Notes: generated by a model not told the origin, from the letters alone. Positions 21,635 to 32,420 are shown, counted from the stretch's first letter. The stretch: DNA of 64,000 bases from Candidatus Eiseniibacteriota bacterium (GCA_963792585.1 CAWBWI010000001.1:1696001-1760000); one strand, 5' to 3'. Program-made: numbers and translations.

Positions 21635-22288
21635 ATGGCGGACGCGGCCGCGAAAGCGATGCGTCCCTCCCCGCGACGGAAGCGCTGGATCAAGCCGGTC
21701 GCCTTCGTTCTCTGCCTCGTCCCCCTCGGCAAGATCGCCTATGACGCATTCCTGGGCCAGGGACTCGGGGCGAATCCGATCGCAGAGATCCTGAACCGTC
21801 TCGGCTTTTGGACCCTCACGCTGCTCACGGCCACCCTCGCCTGCACGCCCCTCAAGATCGTCTTCGGATGGACCTGGCCGCTGCGGCTGCGCCGGATGCT
21901 CGGGGTCTTCACGTTCGCATACGCGTTTCTGCACTTCACGACTTACTTCGCGATCGATCAGCTCTTCGACCTCCGTGCGATCCTCGCCGACATCGTGAAG
22001 CGAAAGTTCATCACGCTCGGGTTCGTCGCGTTCCTGGTCCTGATCCCGCTTGCGCTCACATCCACCAACGCCGCCGTACGCCGCATGGGTTTCGTCCGCT
22101 GGAAACGACTCCACCGCCTCGTCTATCTCGTCGCCGGCCTCGGCCTCATCCACTTCTATTGGCGGGTCAAGGCGGATCACCGGGAGCCATGGATCTACAT
22201 CGGCATCATCGCCGCACTGATGCTCGCGCGCGGGATCTCCTGGCTGCGAGGTCGGGCTCGCAGGCGCGTGATTAGACCTGCCGTGTAA
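21635..22288 (+). CDS. msrQ: Protein-methionine-sulfoxide reductase heme-binding membrane subunit
   Basis: 'RRMLG...YAFLHF', 'LALTS', 'WKRLHRLVY...IHFYW'; follows msrP. Confidence 0.95.
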   Translation: MADAAAKAMRPSPRRKRWIKPVAFVLCLVPLGKIAYDAFLGQGLGANPIAEILNRLGFWTLTLLTATLACTPLKIVFGWTWPLRLRRMLGVFTFAYAFLHFTTYFAIDQLFDLRAILADIVKRKFITLGFVAFLVLIPLALTSTNAAVRRMGFVRWKRLHRLVYLVAGLGLIHFYWRVKADHREPWIYIGIIAALMLARGISWLRGRARRRVIRPAV

Positions 22289-22414
22289 CGCGGAACCGAG
22301 CTAGGGGATTCGGCACGGCGCTTGACTGCTCCGATGCCGAAGGCTTATCGTTGATGGGCCGATGAAGCGGCACGATGTCCGCGTCCCCGAACCACGCAAC
22401 GCAGAGGTCAACGT

Positions 22415-24388
22415 ATGCGAACCCGCAGCAGCGTCGTCATGGTCGGCCTTGTCCTTGGATTGGCCGCCTCCCCCGCCGGGGCGCAGTTCTGGCGTCAGAA
22501 CGACCAGATCTTCAATCCCAGCGGGATTCCTTCGCTCTTCTTCTCCCAGCCCCGCTTCGCCGATCTGGATGCCGACGGAGACCTCGACCTCATTCTGGGC
22601 AGCACGGAAAGTACGCCCCTCTACTACCAGAACACAGGGACGTCCACCAACCCGGCCTTCTCCGAAGGGCCCGAAATCTTCGCTCCCGTGGGCGAGTTGG
22701 ATGCCGAGGTCGGGGTCTGCGTCGACCTGGACGGCGACTCGGACCTGGATTTCGTCACCGGGGGATACAATGGGTTGGTCCTCTTCGAGAACACGGGAAG
22801 CCCAACCGCCCCCGTCTTCGTCAAGCGCGCGGGCTTCTTCTCCGCCCTCGCGACCGGCTCGAATCCCGTTCCGACGCTGGCCGATCTCGACGGCGACCAG
22901 GATGCCGATTTGCTCATCGGCCTCAGCGAGAGTGGCGTCCTGAAGTACTACGCCAACACCGGCACGCCCACCGCCGCCGTGTTCCAGGAGTCCGGAGCCG
23001 AGACTTGGTTCGACATCGGCCTCTACGCGTATCCGTGGTTCGTGGACCTGGATGGAGACCTCGATGTCGACTTGGCCTCCGGGCGCGATGCGCACGGGTT
23101 CGAATACTATCGCAACGACGGCGACTCCTCGGCCTGGGTCTGGACGCCGAATTCAGCCGTATTCGCGGGCCTGGGAGAGGCGACCTACTGGAACTCCCCG
23201 TGTCTGGTCGATCTCAACGGAGATGACCGACCGGACCTCATCTTCGGGACGAGCGCCGGGCCGTTGCAGTACTACGTGAACGGCGGACCGCCGGAGAACC
23301 CGCAGTGGAACGTCAATACGAGCCTCTTCGGCGGCGTCCTGGACGTCGACGCGGCCAGCTCCCCCTTCTTCTTCGATTTCGATGCAGACGGTGATCTGGA
23401 TCTCGTCAGCGGCAGCCAAGCGGGCGGCATCAAGTACTACGAAAACGTGGGAACGAGCGGGGCTCCCGCCTGGCGAGCCGCGCACGGCTACTTCGCCGCC
23501 ATCGATCACTCGATCTATTCCGCCATCGCGCTCGGCCGTCTCGACGGCGACGAACAACCCGACGCCGTCGTTGGCGACCTCTCCGGAAACCTGTTCTATC
23601 ACCACAACACGGGATCGGGCTTCGAGTATGACGCGGGCGTGTTCGCGGGAATCAACGTCGGAGCCTGGTCGGTTCCCCGGCTGGTGGACATGAACGCCGA
23701 CGGGGATCTGGACCTGGTGGTGGGCAACGAGGCCGGCCGGCTGCGTTACTTCGAAAGCATCGGCACCGGCTCCATGGAGTGGCGCGAAGTCGTCGGGTAC
23801 TTCAGCACGATCGATATCGGATCCAATTGTTCGCCGACACTGGGCGACTATGACCGCGACGGAGACATCGACCTCCTCACCGGGGACATCGGCCATGAAC
23901 TCCAGTACTTCCGGCATGCAGGCACAGCCTGGCAGGAGGATCCGGGCGTGGTCGCCGGGCTCGTGGTGGGCCAGAACGCAGCCCCCGCGTTCGGCGATCT
24001 GGATCATGACGGCGACCTTGATCTGACCGTCGGCAACTACTCCGGCACATTCAACTACTTCGAGAATACCGGGCCCGTATCGAGCATTTCCGCCGATGAA
24101 GACCTGGATGCCCGCCCGATCCGCCTTCAGGCGGGTCCGAACCCGTTTACGGACCGCGTGACTCTGACCTTCAAACTGCCGAAGGCCGCCCCAGTCGATC
24201 TGGCGATCTACGATGCCGCCGGGAGGCGTGTTCGCCAGTTGCTCGGCGGCCTCGTCCCCGCGGGCGCGCACACGATCGTGTGGAACCGGGCAGGCGCCCC
24301 CGATCCCGGCGGGACCAGCGGCGCCTACTTCTGCCGTCTCAAAGTACGCGACTCAACCCGGACGATCGCACTGACCCGCGTCAGGTGA
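22415..24388 (+). CDS. Secreted FG-GAP/VCBS beta-propeller protein with C-terminal FlgD-Ig/CTD-like domain
   Basis: Signal peptide; about a dozen 'DLDGDGDLDL' repeats; 'PNPF...IYDAAGRRVRQL...W...SGAYF'. Confidence 0.85.
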   Translation: MRTRSSVVMVGLVLGLAASPAGAQFWRQNDQIFNPSGIPSLFFSQPRFADLDADGDLDLILGSTESTPLYYQNTGTSTNPAFSEGPEIFAPVGELDAEVGVCVDLDGDSDLDFVTGGYNGLVLFENTGSPTAPVFVKRAGFFSALATGSNPVPTLADLDGDQDADLLIGLSESGVLKYYANTGTPTAAVFQESGAETWFDIGLYAYPWFVDLDGDLDVDLASGRDAHGFEYYRNDGDSSAWVWTPNSAVFAGLGEATYWNSPCLVDLNGDDRPDLIFGTSAGPLQYYVNGGPPENPQWNVNTSLFGGVLDVDAASSPFFFDFDADGDLDLVSGSQAGGIKYYENVGTSGAPAWRAAHGYFAAIDHSIYSAIALGRLDGDEQPDAVVGDLSGNLFYHHNTGSGFEYDAGVFAGINVGAWSVPRLVDMNADGDLDLVVGNEAGRLRYFESIGTGSMEWREVVGYFSTIDIGSNCSPTLGDYDRDGDIDLLTGDIGHELQYFRHAGTAWQEDPGVVAGLVVGQNAAPAFGDLDHDGDLDLTVGNYSGTFNYFENTGPVSSISADEDLDARPIRLQAGPNPFTDRVTLTFKLPKAAPVDLAIYDAAGRRVRQLLGGLVPAGAHTIVWNRAGAPDPGGTSGAYFCRLKVRDSTRTIALTRVR

Positions 24389-24444
24389 CGGCAGCATTCG
24401 GAGCGATCGCGTCTCCGTCCGGTTCGAGGGGAACGGGTCGCTGA

Positions 24445-26154
24445 TCACTCTCTGCAGACGATGATTCGCGCGCTACCCCAGTCCCCCTCCGCCGTCGGCT
24501 GCCAGCGGATGAAGTAGACGCCGCTCCTCACATCCGTGCCGAGAAGCTCCCGCACCGGAAGATCCACATCACCGGCAAACGTCCGCCGCCCGATCAGACG
24601 CCCCGTGGGATCGCAGATCGTCACGCGACCGGCCCGCCCCTCCGGCGGGGAGAGTGTGATGCGGCCGCCGGCGAAGACCGGGTTCGGCGCGACACGCAGC
24701 GGCAGGACCCGAAGACCGGGTCCTTGCGCGACGTCGGCGGGGTTGAGTCCGATGTAACGGCCGTGGTTCGCCACGTTCTGCCGGATCTTGGGCCAGTCCA
24801 TCCGTGAGGTCGGCGTCGCCACGCTCCCGTCGACATCGAAGACGTAGACCCGTCCGTGACCGTTCATGTCGCTTCCCGCAACGGCCATCTCGAAACCACC
24901 ATCCCCATCCGCGTCCATGATGTGGGTCGATGAGTGAGAGTTCAAGTCGCTCGGGCTGTACAGGGTCTTCGGGAATCCGGGTAGGACGCTCCCGGCGAGG
25001 TTCCATCCCGAGACATATTGCGCAGAGGAGAACCAGTAGGTCAGGAAGATCTCCTGGAGACCATCATTGTTCACATCGACGACCGACGGCGATGAAATCT
25101 GTTGGATGCCGGCGATCGTCTTCGGATAGCCCGCCATCTCGAGGCCGCTCGGGAGGAGGATGTGCAACTTCGCGTCGGCTGTGACCGTTACGATCTCGGG
25201 GACACCATCCCCTTGGACGTCCGCGACCGCGGGATTGCAGCGGGAGGAATTGCCCTCCGCGGCGATCGTCCTTGGCCATCCGGTCATCACATTGCCGTCG
25301 GGATGCCAGACCCAGAGCCTCGAGCCCTGCGATCCCGGATCCCCTTCCTGCGCGATGATCTCGAGGGTTTCGTCCCCGTCGAGGTCGGCGAGAGCTGGGG
25401 AGGAGTAGATCGGCCTGATCACCTTCGGCCACCCTGACGCCACGGTGCCGTTGGCGTGGATCAGGTAGACCCCCCAATCCGGATAGCAGACATTGCCGAC
25501 CGCCACCTCAAGCGATCCATCGTGGTCGACGTCGCCGACCGCCGGCGCGGACCATTGCGGGTTGTTGATCGGCACGCTCCAGGTGAAAGGCCAGCCCGGC
25601 AACGGCACGCCGGTCCTGTCGTAGAAGAAGACCCCCTGCTCCCCCGCTGTTCCAACGTCGAGATGCGAGTCGCCGTCCAGGTCGACGATGACCGGGCAGG
25701 TGAGGTTCGTGATCGAGATGAAGGGAACATCGACCGGCCATCCAGCCTTCGGAGCTCCTGTCATCCCATCCAGAACCCAGAGGCGCGCGGTCGGCAGGGT
25801 CGAGGCGATTGCGACCTCGGCGTGCCCGTCGCCGTCGACGTCGTCAACCGCCGCGTGCATCTGGACGTTTCCTACGTTCCGCGACCAGAGGAGGGCGCCG
25901 CCCAACGTGTACGCATAGATGTAGAGATCGTCGGCGGCGATGACCTCCGGGGTCCCGTCCCCGGTCAAATCCGCGAAGATCGGCGTCGCGATCATCTCGC
26001 GCGTCGACTGCGGCCAGGATCGATCGCCGCCCGGCAGATCGCCGTCATCGGGGAGGGGCGCCGGCGTGAACGCCAGTCGGCTCACCGGAGCGGCCAACCC
26101 GGACGCCGAGGCGAGAATCGTGAGCAGGAAACCTGCGAATGCGATGCGGAGCAT
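24445..26154 (-). CDS. Secreted FG-GAP repeat protein (G[WFY]P-type blades) with C-terminal CTD-like domain
   Basis: Signal peptide; repeated 'P(A)V.D.DGDG..E' + 'GWP/GYP/GFP'; 'APNP...DPTGR...SGVYFI'. Confidence 0.85.
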   Translation of the reverse strand: MLRIAFAGFLLTILASASGLAAPVSRLAFTPAPLPDDGDLPGGDRSWPQSTREMIATPIFADLTGDGTPEVIAADDLYIYAYTLGGALLWSRNVGNVQMHAAVDDVDGDGHAEVAIASTLPTARLWVLDGMTGAPKAGWPVDVPFISITNLTCPVIVDLDGDSHLDVGTAGEQGVFFYDRTGVPLPGWPFTWSVPINNPQWSAPAVGDVDHDGSLEVAVGNVCYPDWGVYLIHANGTVASGWPKVIRPIYSSPALADLDGDETLEIIAQEGDPGSQGSRLWVWHPDGNVMTGWPRTIAAEGNSSRCNPAVADVQGDGVPEIVTVTADAKLHILLPSGLEMAGYPKTIAGIQQISSPSVVDVNNDGLQEIFLTYWFSSAQYVSGWNLAGSVLPGFPKTLYSPSDLNSHSSTHIMDADGDGGFEMAVAGSDMNGHGRVYVFDVDGSVATPTSRMDWPKIRQNVANHGRYIGLNPADVAQGPGLRVLPLRVAPNPVFAGGRITLSPPEGRAGRVTICDPTGRLIGRRTFAGDVDLPVRELLGTDVRSGVYFIRWQPTAEGDWGSARIIVCRE

Positions 26155-26472
26155 CTGGACCTCCTGTTTGAGCCGATCGAGGCGATCGCTGCTGGAAGAC
26201 AGCCGGCAACCGAATGCTGCGGGCTCGATTATAGCGCGTCGGGATTGGGAAGAACAGGGGTCCGCCGTTCTCTGCGGCTGCCGTATGAAAATGTCATCCT
26301 CTTACTGCCATGCGAAAATGTCACCCCATGGAGACGATTCACCTGCTGGGGAAGTCTGAGCTCAGATCAAGGCGAAGCTCGCAGGGGCTTCATGCCCATC
26401 GTGTTCGTGAGCACGCAAGAAGCCCGGAGCGCCATCGCGCCCCGGGCTTCCAGCTTCGGCTCGAGAGTGCGT

Positions 26473-28284
26473 CTACTCGACCTTCAGCATCTTGCTCGTC
26501 GCGATCTCATCACCCACGCGGACGGTGTAGAGATACAGCCCGGCCGGAACATGGCGTCCCGCGTCATCGTCGCCGAACCAGCGGACCCGATGCTCTCCCG
26601 CCTGCTGCGTCGCGTTCAGCAGCGTACGAACATGCCGCCCGCTCGCATCATAGACATCCGCCTGAACCGCCGCGGTCCTCGACGTCGTGTACTTGATCGT
26701 CGTAACGGGGTTGAACGGGTTCGGCGCGTTCTGCTCGAGTCGAACTACGCGCGCCGGCAGCGCCCCTTCCGCGACGTCCATGACGGTGCTCGTCTGAGCG
26801 CTGAACTTGAAGTCCTTCCCGCTCGATCCGCAGGCCCTCTTCAGCTCGACGCCCATGTAGACGTGATCCGTCTCGTTCCAGCGGGTCAGTTCGAAGGTCG
26901 CATGGCCCGTGGCGTCGATCGGGACGATGTATTCCTCGAAGATATTCTGGCCGGCGAACTTCCGGATGAACAAGAGCTGCCAGTTGTACTCACAGGCGTT
27001 CAGCCCGCTGAAGGTGACCGTCAGCTTGTTATCCGTCGATCCGGTCTGTGGCTTGAAGCGCGTGTAGTTCGTCCCGAGGGAGACGGGCAACCTCGTGCTG
27101 GTCGGGTGGACATCGGTCTGCGGATAGGTCGTGATGTCCTTGTCAAATGCGATAGAGACCGGATTCGGGTCGTACCACTCGCCCCCCTCGCTGTAGTGAT
27201 TTCCGTCCGCCCGGAGGCATGTGTAGTAGTTCCACCGCGCCCACTCGTTCACCGCCAGATCCCACGTGAACGCCGGGTCGTATTGCCCGATGACGTTCTC
27301 GAAGGCGTTCGTCAGGTTCGTGTTGACTGCGTCGTAGTACCAGATGTCCTTCACGATATCGATCGCGAACCGCTCCCCGAGATAGGTCGGCCAGACCATG
27401 CAGGCGTATTCCCACTGGCCATCGGCATCACGGAGACCGTTCCAGGGACGCGCGAAGAAGGAGCGGAGATAGCCGACGTATTGATTGCTCTCGTCATAGA
27501 CCATATCTTCGGACCATGTCGCGCAGTTCTCCATCCACCAGGACGATGTCTGCGCATTGAGCCCCATCTGGACCACGTGCATGTACTCGTGGACGACGGT
27601 CACACGCATGTTGTCCCAGATGCTGCCGCCGTACTGCGTGAAGTCGTGATCGATGATGAAGTAGGCGGTATAGGAGTTCGGATACGGAGCGCCCACGGGT
27701 GTTTCGGGGAATGTGACTCCCATCACCCCATTTCCCAATGCGTCGCAATAGCAGTCGATCTTGGTGTTTCCGCCGGCGCCCCCGTCCGAGGGCGGTGCGG
27801 GATATCCCATCGCCACGAACTGGTTGTAGCCCCGTTCGCAGGAGGAGATGACCGAATCGCGGAATGCCGTGTTCGGCCAACCGTAGATGATGTTTGCCCC
27901 GCTCGTGGAATAGTGCACGCGGAAGTGAGGCGTGTCGACATAGCTGTCAAGGTTCGGACGAACCCGTAGCCGTTCCAGATACGCGCCGTCTTCCTGCGGG
28001 AGCTCGCTTCGACGCTGTGACGCGTCGATGTACGTCGGTGTGCCGCACCGGATCGGGACGGCATCCGCGACCCGGTATTCCTGGGGAAGCCTGTTCGGGT
28101 CGAACAGGGCATAGAGGCGGTAGAGCAGGGCCTGGGCCTGGGTGATCTGCTGGGCCGCGAGCGCCTCATTGATCGTCGTGAGGGGGGATCGCGCGGGCTC
28201 CGGCTGATCCGCCGCCCAGGCAAAGACGGGCATGAGGATCGCAAGCCCCAGGACCAGAAGACCGATACCGTGGAGAGACTTCAT
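26473..28284 (-). CDS. Secreted zinc metalloprotease-like protein (HExxH) with C-terminal FlgD-Ig/CTD-like domain
   Basis: AGGAGG RBS; signal peptide; 'HFRVHY', 'VVHEYMHVVQ...WWMENCATWSED'; 'NAPNPFNP...YDASGRHVR...WFGDDDAG...GLY'. Confidence 0.82.
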   Translation of the reverse strand: MKSLHGIGLLVLGLAILMPVFAWAADQPEPARSPLTTINEALAAQQITQAQALLYRLYALFDPNRLPQEYRVADAVPIRCGTPTYIDASQRRSELPQEDGAYLERLRVRPNLDSYVDTPHFRVHYSTSGANIIYGWPNTAFRDSVISSCERGYNQFVAMGYPAPPSDGGAGGNTKIDCYCDALGNGVMGVTFPETPVGAPYPNSYTAYFIIDHDFTQYGGSIWDNMRVTVVHEYMHVVQMGLNAQTSSWWMENCATWSEDMVYDESNQYVGYLRSFFARPWNGLRDADGQWEYACMVWPTYLGERFAIDIVKDIWYYDAVNTNLTNAFENVIGQYDPAFTWDLAVNEWARWNYYTCLRADGNHYSEGGEWYDPNPVSIAFDKDITTYPQTDVHPTSTRLPVSLGTNYTRFKPQTGSTDNKLTVTFSGLNACEYNWQLLFIRKFAGQNIFEEYIVPIDATGHATFELTRWNETDHVYMGVELKRACGSSGKDFKFSAQTSTVMDVAEGALPARVVRLEQNAPNPFNPVTTIKYTTSRTAAVQADVYDASGRHVRTLLNATQQAGEHRVRWFGDDDAGRHVPAGLYLYTVRVGDEIATSKMLKVE

Positions 28285-28369
28285 GTGCGGGCCTCCTTGA
28301 CACAGATGTCATGGACAAGACTTCCACTCCGATGCGTCTATTAGAGGAGCTAAGCATTTCGCGTTCACG

Positions 28370-28398
28370 ATGATAGCGAAGCTAATCGTGACCGTCAA
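28370..28398 (-). promoter_or_regulatory. Sigma70-type promoter TTGACG-N17-TATCAT with overlapping inverted repeat
   Basis: -35 at 28398-28393 and -10 at 28375-28370 on the minus strand, upstream of the protease gene; TCACGAT-N13-ATCGTGA at 28365-28391. Confidence 0.6.
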
Positions 28399-28742
28399 GT
28401 AGGTGGGCCCCGCAGTATGTGGGCCTCGCGGCGTTGCGTCGGGCCGCGTCACAGGAGCGAGAGAGGTAACTCCTTCCATGACAACCGGCCACGCAGAGGA
28501 TTCACGGCGCTAAATCCGTGACTACCGTCTCAGGGGCAAGCTCTCTGATCGCCCTGATCATACGGCAGAAGGAAGCCCCCGAGCCAACCCTCCGCGGGTC
28601 TTCAACTCTGGAGCCCCATGGGACCATCCTCGGGCCCGGCCCCGTCCGTCCGGCAAGAAGTTCGCACGCCGAACGGCCGCCGACGTCGAAGATCCCGAAC
28701 TGGATTGACCCCTCGATCGGAATCGCCAATTATGAAGCCCTC

Positions 28743-29201
28743 ATGCACGGAGTCGCGGGCACGCCCTTTGGATCTTCCATCTTCTGGTCGGGTGTTCTGG
28801 GCTGGACGGTGGCATCCATTCTCAAGATCATGGTCAACTGGCGCCGCACGGGGCGCGTTGACTTCCACTACCTGACCAGTTTGGGTGGGATGCCCAGCGC
28901 GCACTCGGCCATGGTCAGCGCCCTGGCGACCTCCGTGGGGCTGCGTGAGGGCTTCGGCAGCACGATCTTCATCGTCACCTTGGCGTTCTCCATGGTGATC
29001 ATGTTCGACGCCTCCACGGTACGGCGCGCTGCGGGGCTGCAGGCCACGCTCTTGAACCAGATCGTGGACGTGGTCCTCAAGCAGCATCACTTGCCCACGG
29101 AGAAACTGAGGGAGATCCTCGGTCATACTCGGGTGGAGGTCTTCGCGGGCATGCTGGTGGGGGTCGGCGTCGGCATCGTAGTCGATCTGATGTTACGCTA
29201 G
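28743..29201 (+). CDS. Divergent PAP2 family (DUF212) membrane protein
   Basis: 'GGMPSAHSA', 'MFDASTVRRAAG.QA..LN', 'LGHT..EV..G'. Confidence 0.9.
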   Translation: MHGVAGTPFGSSIFWSGVLGWTVASILKIMVNWRRTGRVDFHYLTSLGGMPSAHSAMVSALATSVGLREGFGSTIFIVTLAFSMVIMFDASTVRRAAGLQATLLNQIVDVVLKQHHLPTEKLREILGHTRVEVFAGMLVGVGVGIVVDLMLR

Positions 29202-29315
29202 CGCGCAGTTCAGTCGCATGACGCGGCGCTTGGGCGCCTTGAAAATCCGGGGTGCGCGGTCGTTCTCGGAGTTCCGCACCCCACCGGTTCCAAGATTGCT
29301 GAGGAGGTTGCGACG

Positions 29316-30026
29316 ATGAAGCACGGAGTGCTGGTTTCTCGTCTATCCGTGGGGATCCTGGGCCTGGGCCTGCTTCTCGCAGGCTGCGGACCCAAGCCGA
29401 AGCCAAGGATGGGATTCTTCCTCGACATCCGCAAGAACACGCTCGAGCAGATCGACAAGGACGGGGTTCGCATCTCCGTGAAGCCAATCACGATGGAGAA
29501 CTACACCTCCTTCCCCCGGACCTTCACGAACCTTGCGGCGGAAGGCCCAGGCGGATCCACGACGACTCCATGGACCGACGTCAACATCCCCGCCTTCGAG
29601 CTCACGGTCTTGAACAACACGAGTCATGTCCTGAAGTTGAGCAAAGCCGTCATCAAGTTGCAGGACGACCGCGGGATCATCTATGAACCGTCGACGAAGG
29701 CGGACCTCGACGCGATGGCGGACGCCCGTGCGAAGGCGCTTGCCGGCGAACAGGTGAAGGTCGACATCCCCGCGGCCAAGGCGCGAATCCTGGCTCTCAA
29801 GCTCGTGGACCAGAATTTGGAACTTCTCCCCGGGATCGCGGAGAAGGTCTACTCGACCTTCAACTACCCTGAGGAGCCATCGACATTCCTCGCGGGGAGG
29901 AGTTCCCTGAAGTTGATGCTCTACGAAATCCCCGTGCTTACGGATGAAGCCGGCGAGGTGACGAGAACGACCAACTTCGAGTTCACATACGACATCCACA
30001 CGCGGGCGGTTGGGGCAACCAAGTAG
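29316..30026 (+). CDS. Hypothetical lipoprotein
   Basis: GAGGAGG RBS; lipobox LLAG-C; typical codon usage. Confidence 0.75.
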   Translation: MKHGVLVSRLSVGILGLGLLLAGCGPKPKPRMGFFLDIRKNTLEQIDKDGVRISVKPITMENYTSFPRTFTNLAAEGPGGSTTTPWTDVNIPAFELTVLNNTSHVLKLSKAVIKLQDDRGIIYEPSTKADLDAMADARAKALAGEQVKVDIPAAKARILALKLVDQNLELLPGIAEKVYSTFNYPEEPSTFLAGRSSLKLMLYEIPVLTDEAGEVTRTTNFEFTYDIHTRAVGATK

Positions 30027-30080
30027 CCTCGAATCAACGCGGCACGGCTCCGCACGGTCCGTCGCAGGTCCGGAACTTCA

Positions 30081-32309
30081 TCACCTCGGCAGGATCACCT
30101 TCACGGCGTGCGTCTCGCCGCCCATCGCGAGACGGATGAAGTACAGGCCCGGCGGCGCGGCCCGGCCGTCTCCCGTCGAGCCGTTCCACACGACCGTCCG
30201 CGGAGGCGCGGAGGCGTCGATCGGACGCGCCGCCCCACTGTCGAGGCTGGCCACCCGTCGCCCGAGCACATCGAAGACGCCGAGGTCGAACGAACTGTCG
30301 CGCGCCGGACGCAGATCAATCTCGAAACGATCCCCCACGATCGGACGGACGCGCAGGACCGCTGTAGCCGCGGCGCCGCGGGAGGGCGGAAAGCCGTCGA
30401 CGGAAGCCGGATCGATGCGCGTCGCCTTCATGATGCAGTTGGCGCCGCCACCGACCCAGAAGCCGTCCTCCACGGCGGTGATGCAGGATCCCCCGATCGC
30501 GGCCGGAAGCGTGAGATCCTCCCACGTCGCGCCGCCGTCCTCGGTGATGACGATCGAGCCGTCGACGTAGAAGCTGCCTGTCGTCACTCCCCCATGGATG
30601 TTGTCGGGAGCGAAGGAGAGGTCGGTCGCGGTGCCGGCCCATACTCTGCTCCAGATCCCGCCGCCGTTCGTGGTGCGGTAGATCCCGGTCGATCCCGTGG
30701 GGATTGTTACGAACCCGGTCTGCGTGTCGCGCCAGTGCATGTCCAGCATGTAGCTCGTGAGTCCCGTCGTGCCGGCAGGAGCCCAGGACGCTCCGCCATC
30801 GGTCGTCTTGTACAGGATCGGCAAGCCGTTCGCGTACCCCCCAACGAAGCCCGTGCCGGGGTCCGGGAACGAGATCGCCAGAAGACCGCTCGTTGCGGGA
30901 AGGCCGACGCTACGGGGCTCCCACGTCGCGCCGTAGTCCGTCGTCCGGTAGACCTTCGACTGCGTCTGACCGAAGACAGCGGCGAATGCGGTTCCTGAGG
31001 ACGGAGTGGAGATGTGAAAGGCCTGGCCGTTGACCGGTGGATTCGGAAGGTCGACGGACGTCCAGGTCGTTCCGCCGTCGGTCGTGCGCCACATCCGTCC
31101 GTAGTCACCGGCCGCGACGGCGCGCGCCGCATCCCAATAGACGATCTCGCGCGTGAAGCTGATCGCGGGTCCGCCCGGCTGCGGCTCCCAGGTCGATCCT
31201 CCGTCCGGCGTGTGGAGCCAGAAGGTGGGCGGAGACCCGGCCGTCCCGGCTGCGCCGGATCCACCGGGGCCGATCCCGATCGCGCCGATGATCCCACGGG
31301 GATGATCGAACGCGGCGTAGGTCGTGTTCGTCCACGACTGGCCGTTGTCGGTCGAGCGGTAGAGGTCTCCTTCGCTCGAGGGGAGGATCAAGGTCCCGTC
31401 ATCGAGACGGTCGAGGTCGAGGAAACCGCCCAACCCGCTATTGAGACGGTTCGTCCAGTTGTCGCCGCCGTCGGTCGTCTCCCACACCGTCGCGCCCTCG
31501 AGGTTCGTGCAGACCAGGTAATGGAGAGGACCAAAGACGATCGCATTGCCCATGTAGGTTATCGGATTGACCATCGCGCCCGTCCAACTCGCCCCGGCAT
31601 TCGTGGTCTTCCAGATGTGGAAATCGCTCAGGATCGTACCGTGGCTCGCGTCCGTGAAGAATCCTTCGCTGAACGCCTCCGATTCGGACACGCCATTCAA
31701 GGGCGCCCATGTCTGGCCGCCGTCCGTAGTCCGGCGGGCGAGAAAGGTCCCGAGGACGTAGCCGTTCGAGGGGTCGAGCCAGACCTGCTCGTGCAGGTCG
31801 TTCGGTCCCGCCGAGGAGAGCAGGGCCCAGCTGGCTCCGGCGTCGGTCGATCGAAGAACCTGACCGTTGTTTCCCACCGCGGAGAGAATGGATCCGGTCA
31901 CAACCTCGAGATCGGTCAGGGTCGTTGTCGAAGGATTCGCAACCGGTGACCAGGAAACCCCGGCATCGGTCGATTCGAATATCCCCGGGGCGGAGCCGAC
32001 CGCGAGCAGGTGCCCGGGGCCACGCACGAGGATATCTTCGAGATCCGCGGCGAAGTCCGGGAAGAGATCGCGTTGCGTCCACGTGACCCCGGCGTCCGTC
32101 GTGAAGAGAACCGTGCCCCGCGGGCCGACGGCATATCCGGTCGTGGCATCCTCAAAATCCGTTCCGCCAAGCGCGTTCCCCTGAGGCGTGGGAAGCCTCC
32201 ACGAGAACTCGTACTCGTCGGCTCGGGCCGGGTTTGACGGGGCGAGCCCGAAGGTGATTGCCAAGAGAAGGGCCGCGGGGAACATACTCGGGGCAGTGCG
32301 ACGCATCAT
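30081..32309 (-). CDS. Secreted BNR/YCF48-like beta-propeller protein with C-terminal FlgD-Ig/CTD-like domain
   Basis: Signal peptide; more than 10 Asp-box 'TTDGG.TW' repeats; 'FDVLGRRVA...WNG...G..APPGLYF'. Confidence 0.87.
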   Translation of the reverse strand: MMRRTAPSMFPAALLLAITFGLAPSNPARADEYEFSWRLPTPQGNALGGTDFEDATTGYAVGPRGTVLFTTDAGVTWTQRDLFPDFAADLEDILVRGPGHLLAVGSAPGIFESTDAGVSWSPVANPSTTTLTDLEVVTGSILSAVGNNGQVLRSTDAGASWALLSSAGPNDLHEQVWLDPSNGYVLGTFLARRTTDGGQTWAPLNGVSESEAFSEGFFTDASHGTILSDFHIWKTTNAGASWTGAMVNPITYMGNAIVFGPLHYLVCTNLEGATVWETTDGGDNWTNRLNSGLGGFLDLDRLDDGTLILPSSEGDLYRSTDNGQSWTNTTYAAFDHPRGIIGAIGIGPGGSGAAGTAGSPPTFWLHTPDGGSTWEPQPGGPAISFTREIVYWDAARAVAAGDYGRMWRTTDGGTTWTSVDLPNPPVNGQAFHISTPSSGTAFAAVFGQTQSKVYRTTDYGATWEPRSVGLPATSGLLAISFPDPGTGFVGGYANGLPILYKTTDGGASWAPAGTTGLTSYMLDMHWRDTQTGFVTIPTGSTGIYRTTNGGGIWSRVWAGTATDLSFAPDNIHGGVTTGSFYVDGSIVITEDGGATWEDLTLPAAIGGSCITAVEDGFWVGGGANCIMKATRIDPASVDGFPPSRGAAATAVLRVRPIVGDRFEIDLRPARDSSFDLGVFDVLGRRVASLDSGAARPIDASAPPRTVVWNGSTGDGRAAPPGLYFIRLAMGGETHAVKVILPR

Positions 32310-32390
32310 CGTTCGGAGACTCCTGTACGGCCAGCAAGTCCATGGTTTCAGAGGAATCGGGAGCTTCTAAGGCTCGATTGTCGACCGGTG

Positions 32391-32420
32391 ATCGTACGAA
32401 GTGCGGGCATTCCTCGTCAA
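32391..32420 (-). promoter_or_regulatory. Candidate sigma70 promoter TTGACG-N18-TACGAT
   Basis: Minus strand, about 80 bp upstream of the BNR gene start. Confidence 0.45.
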
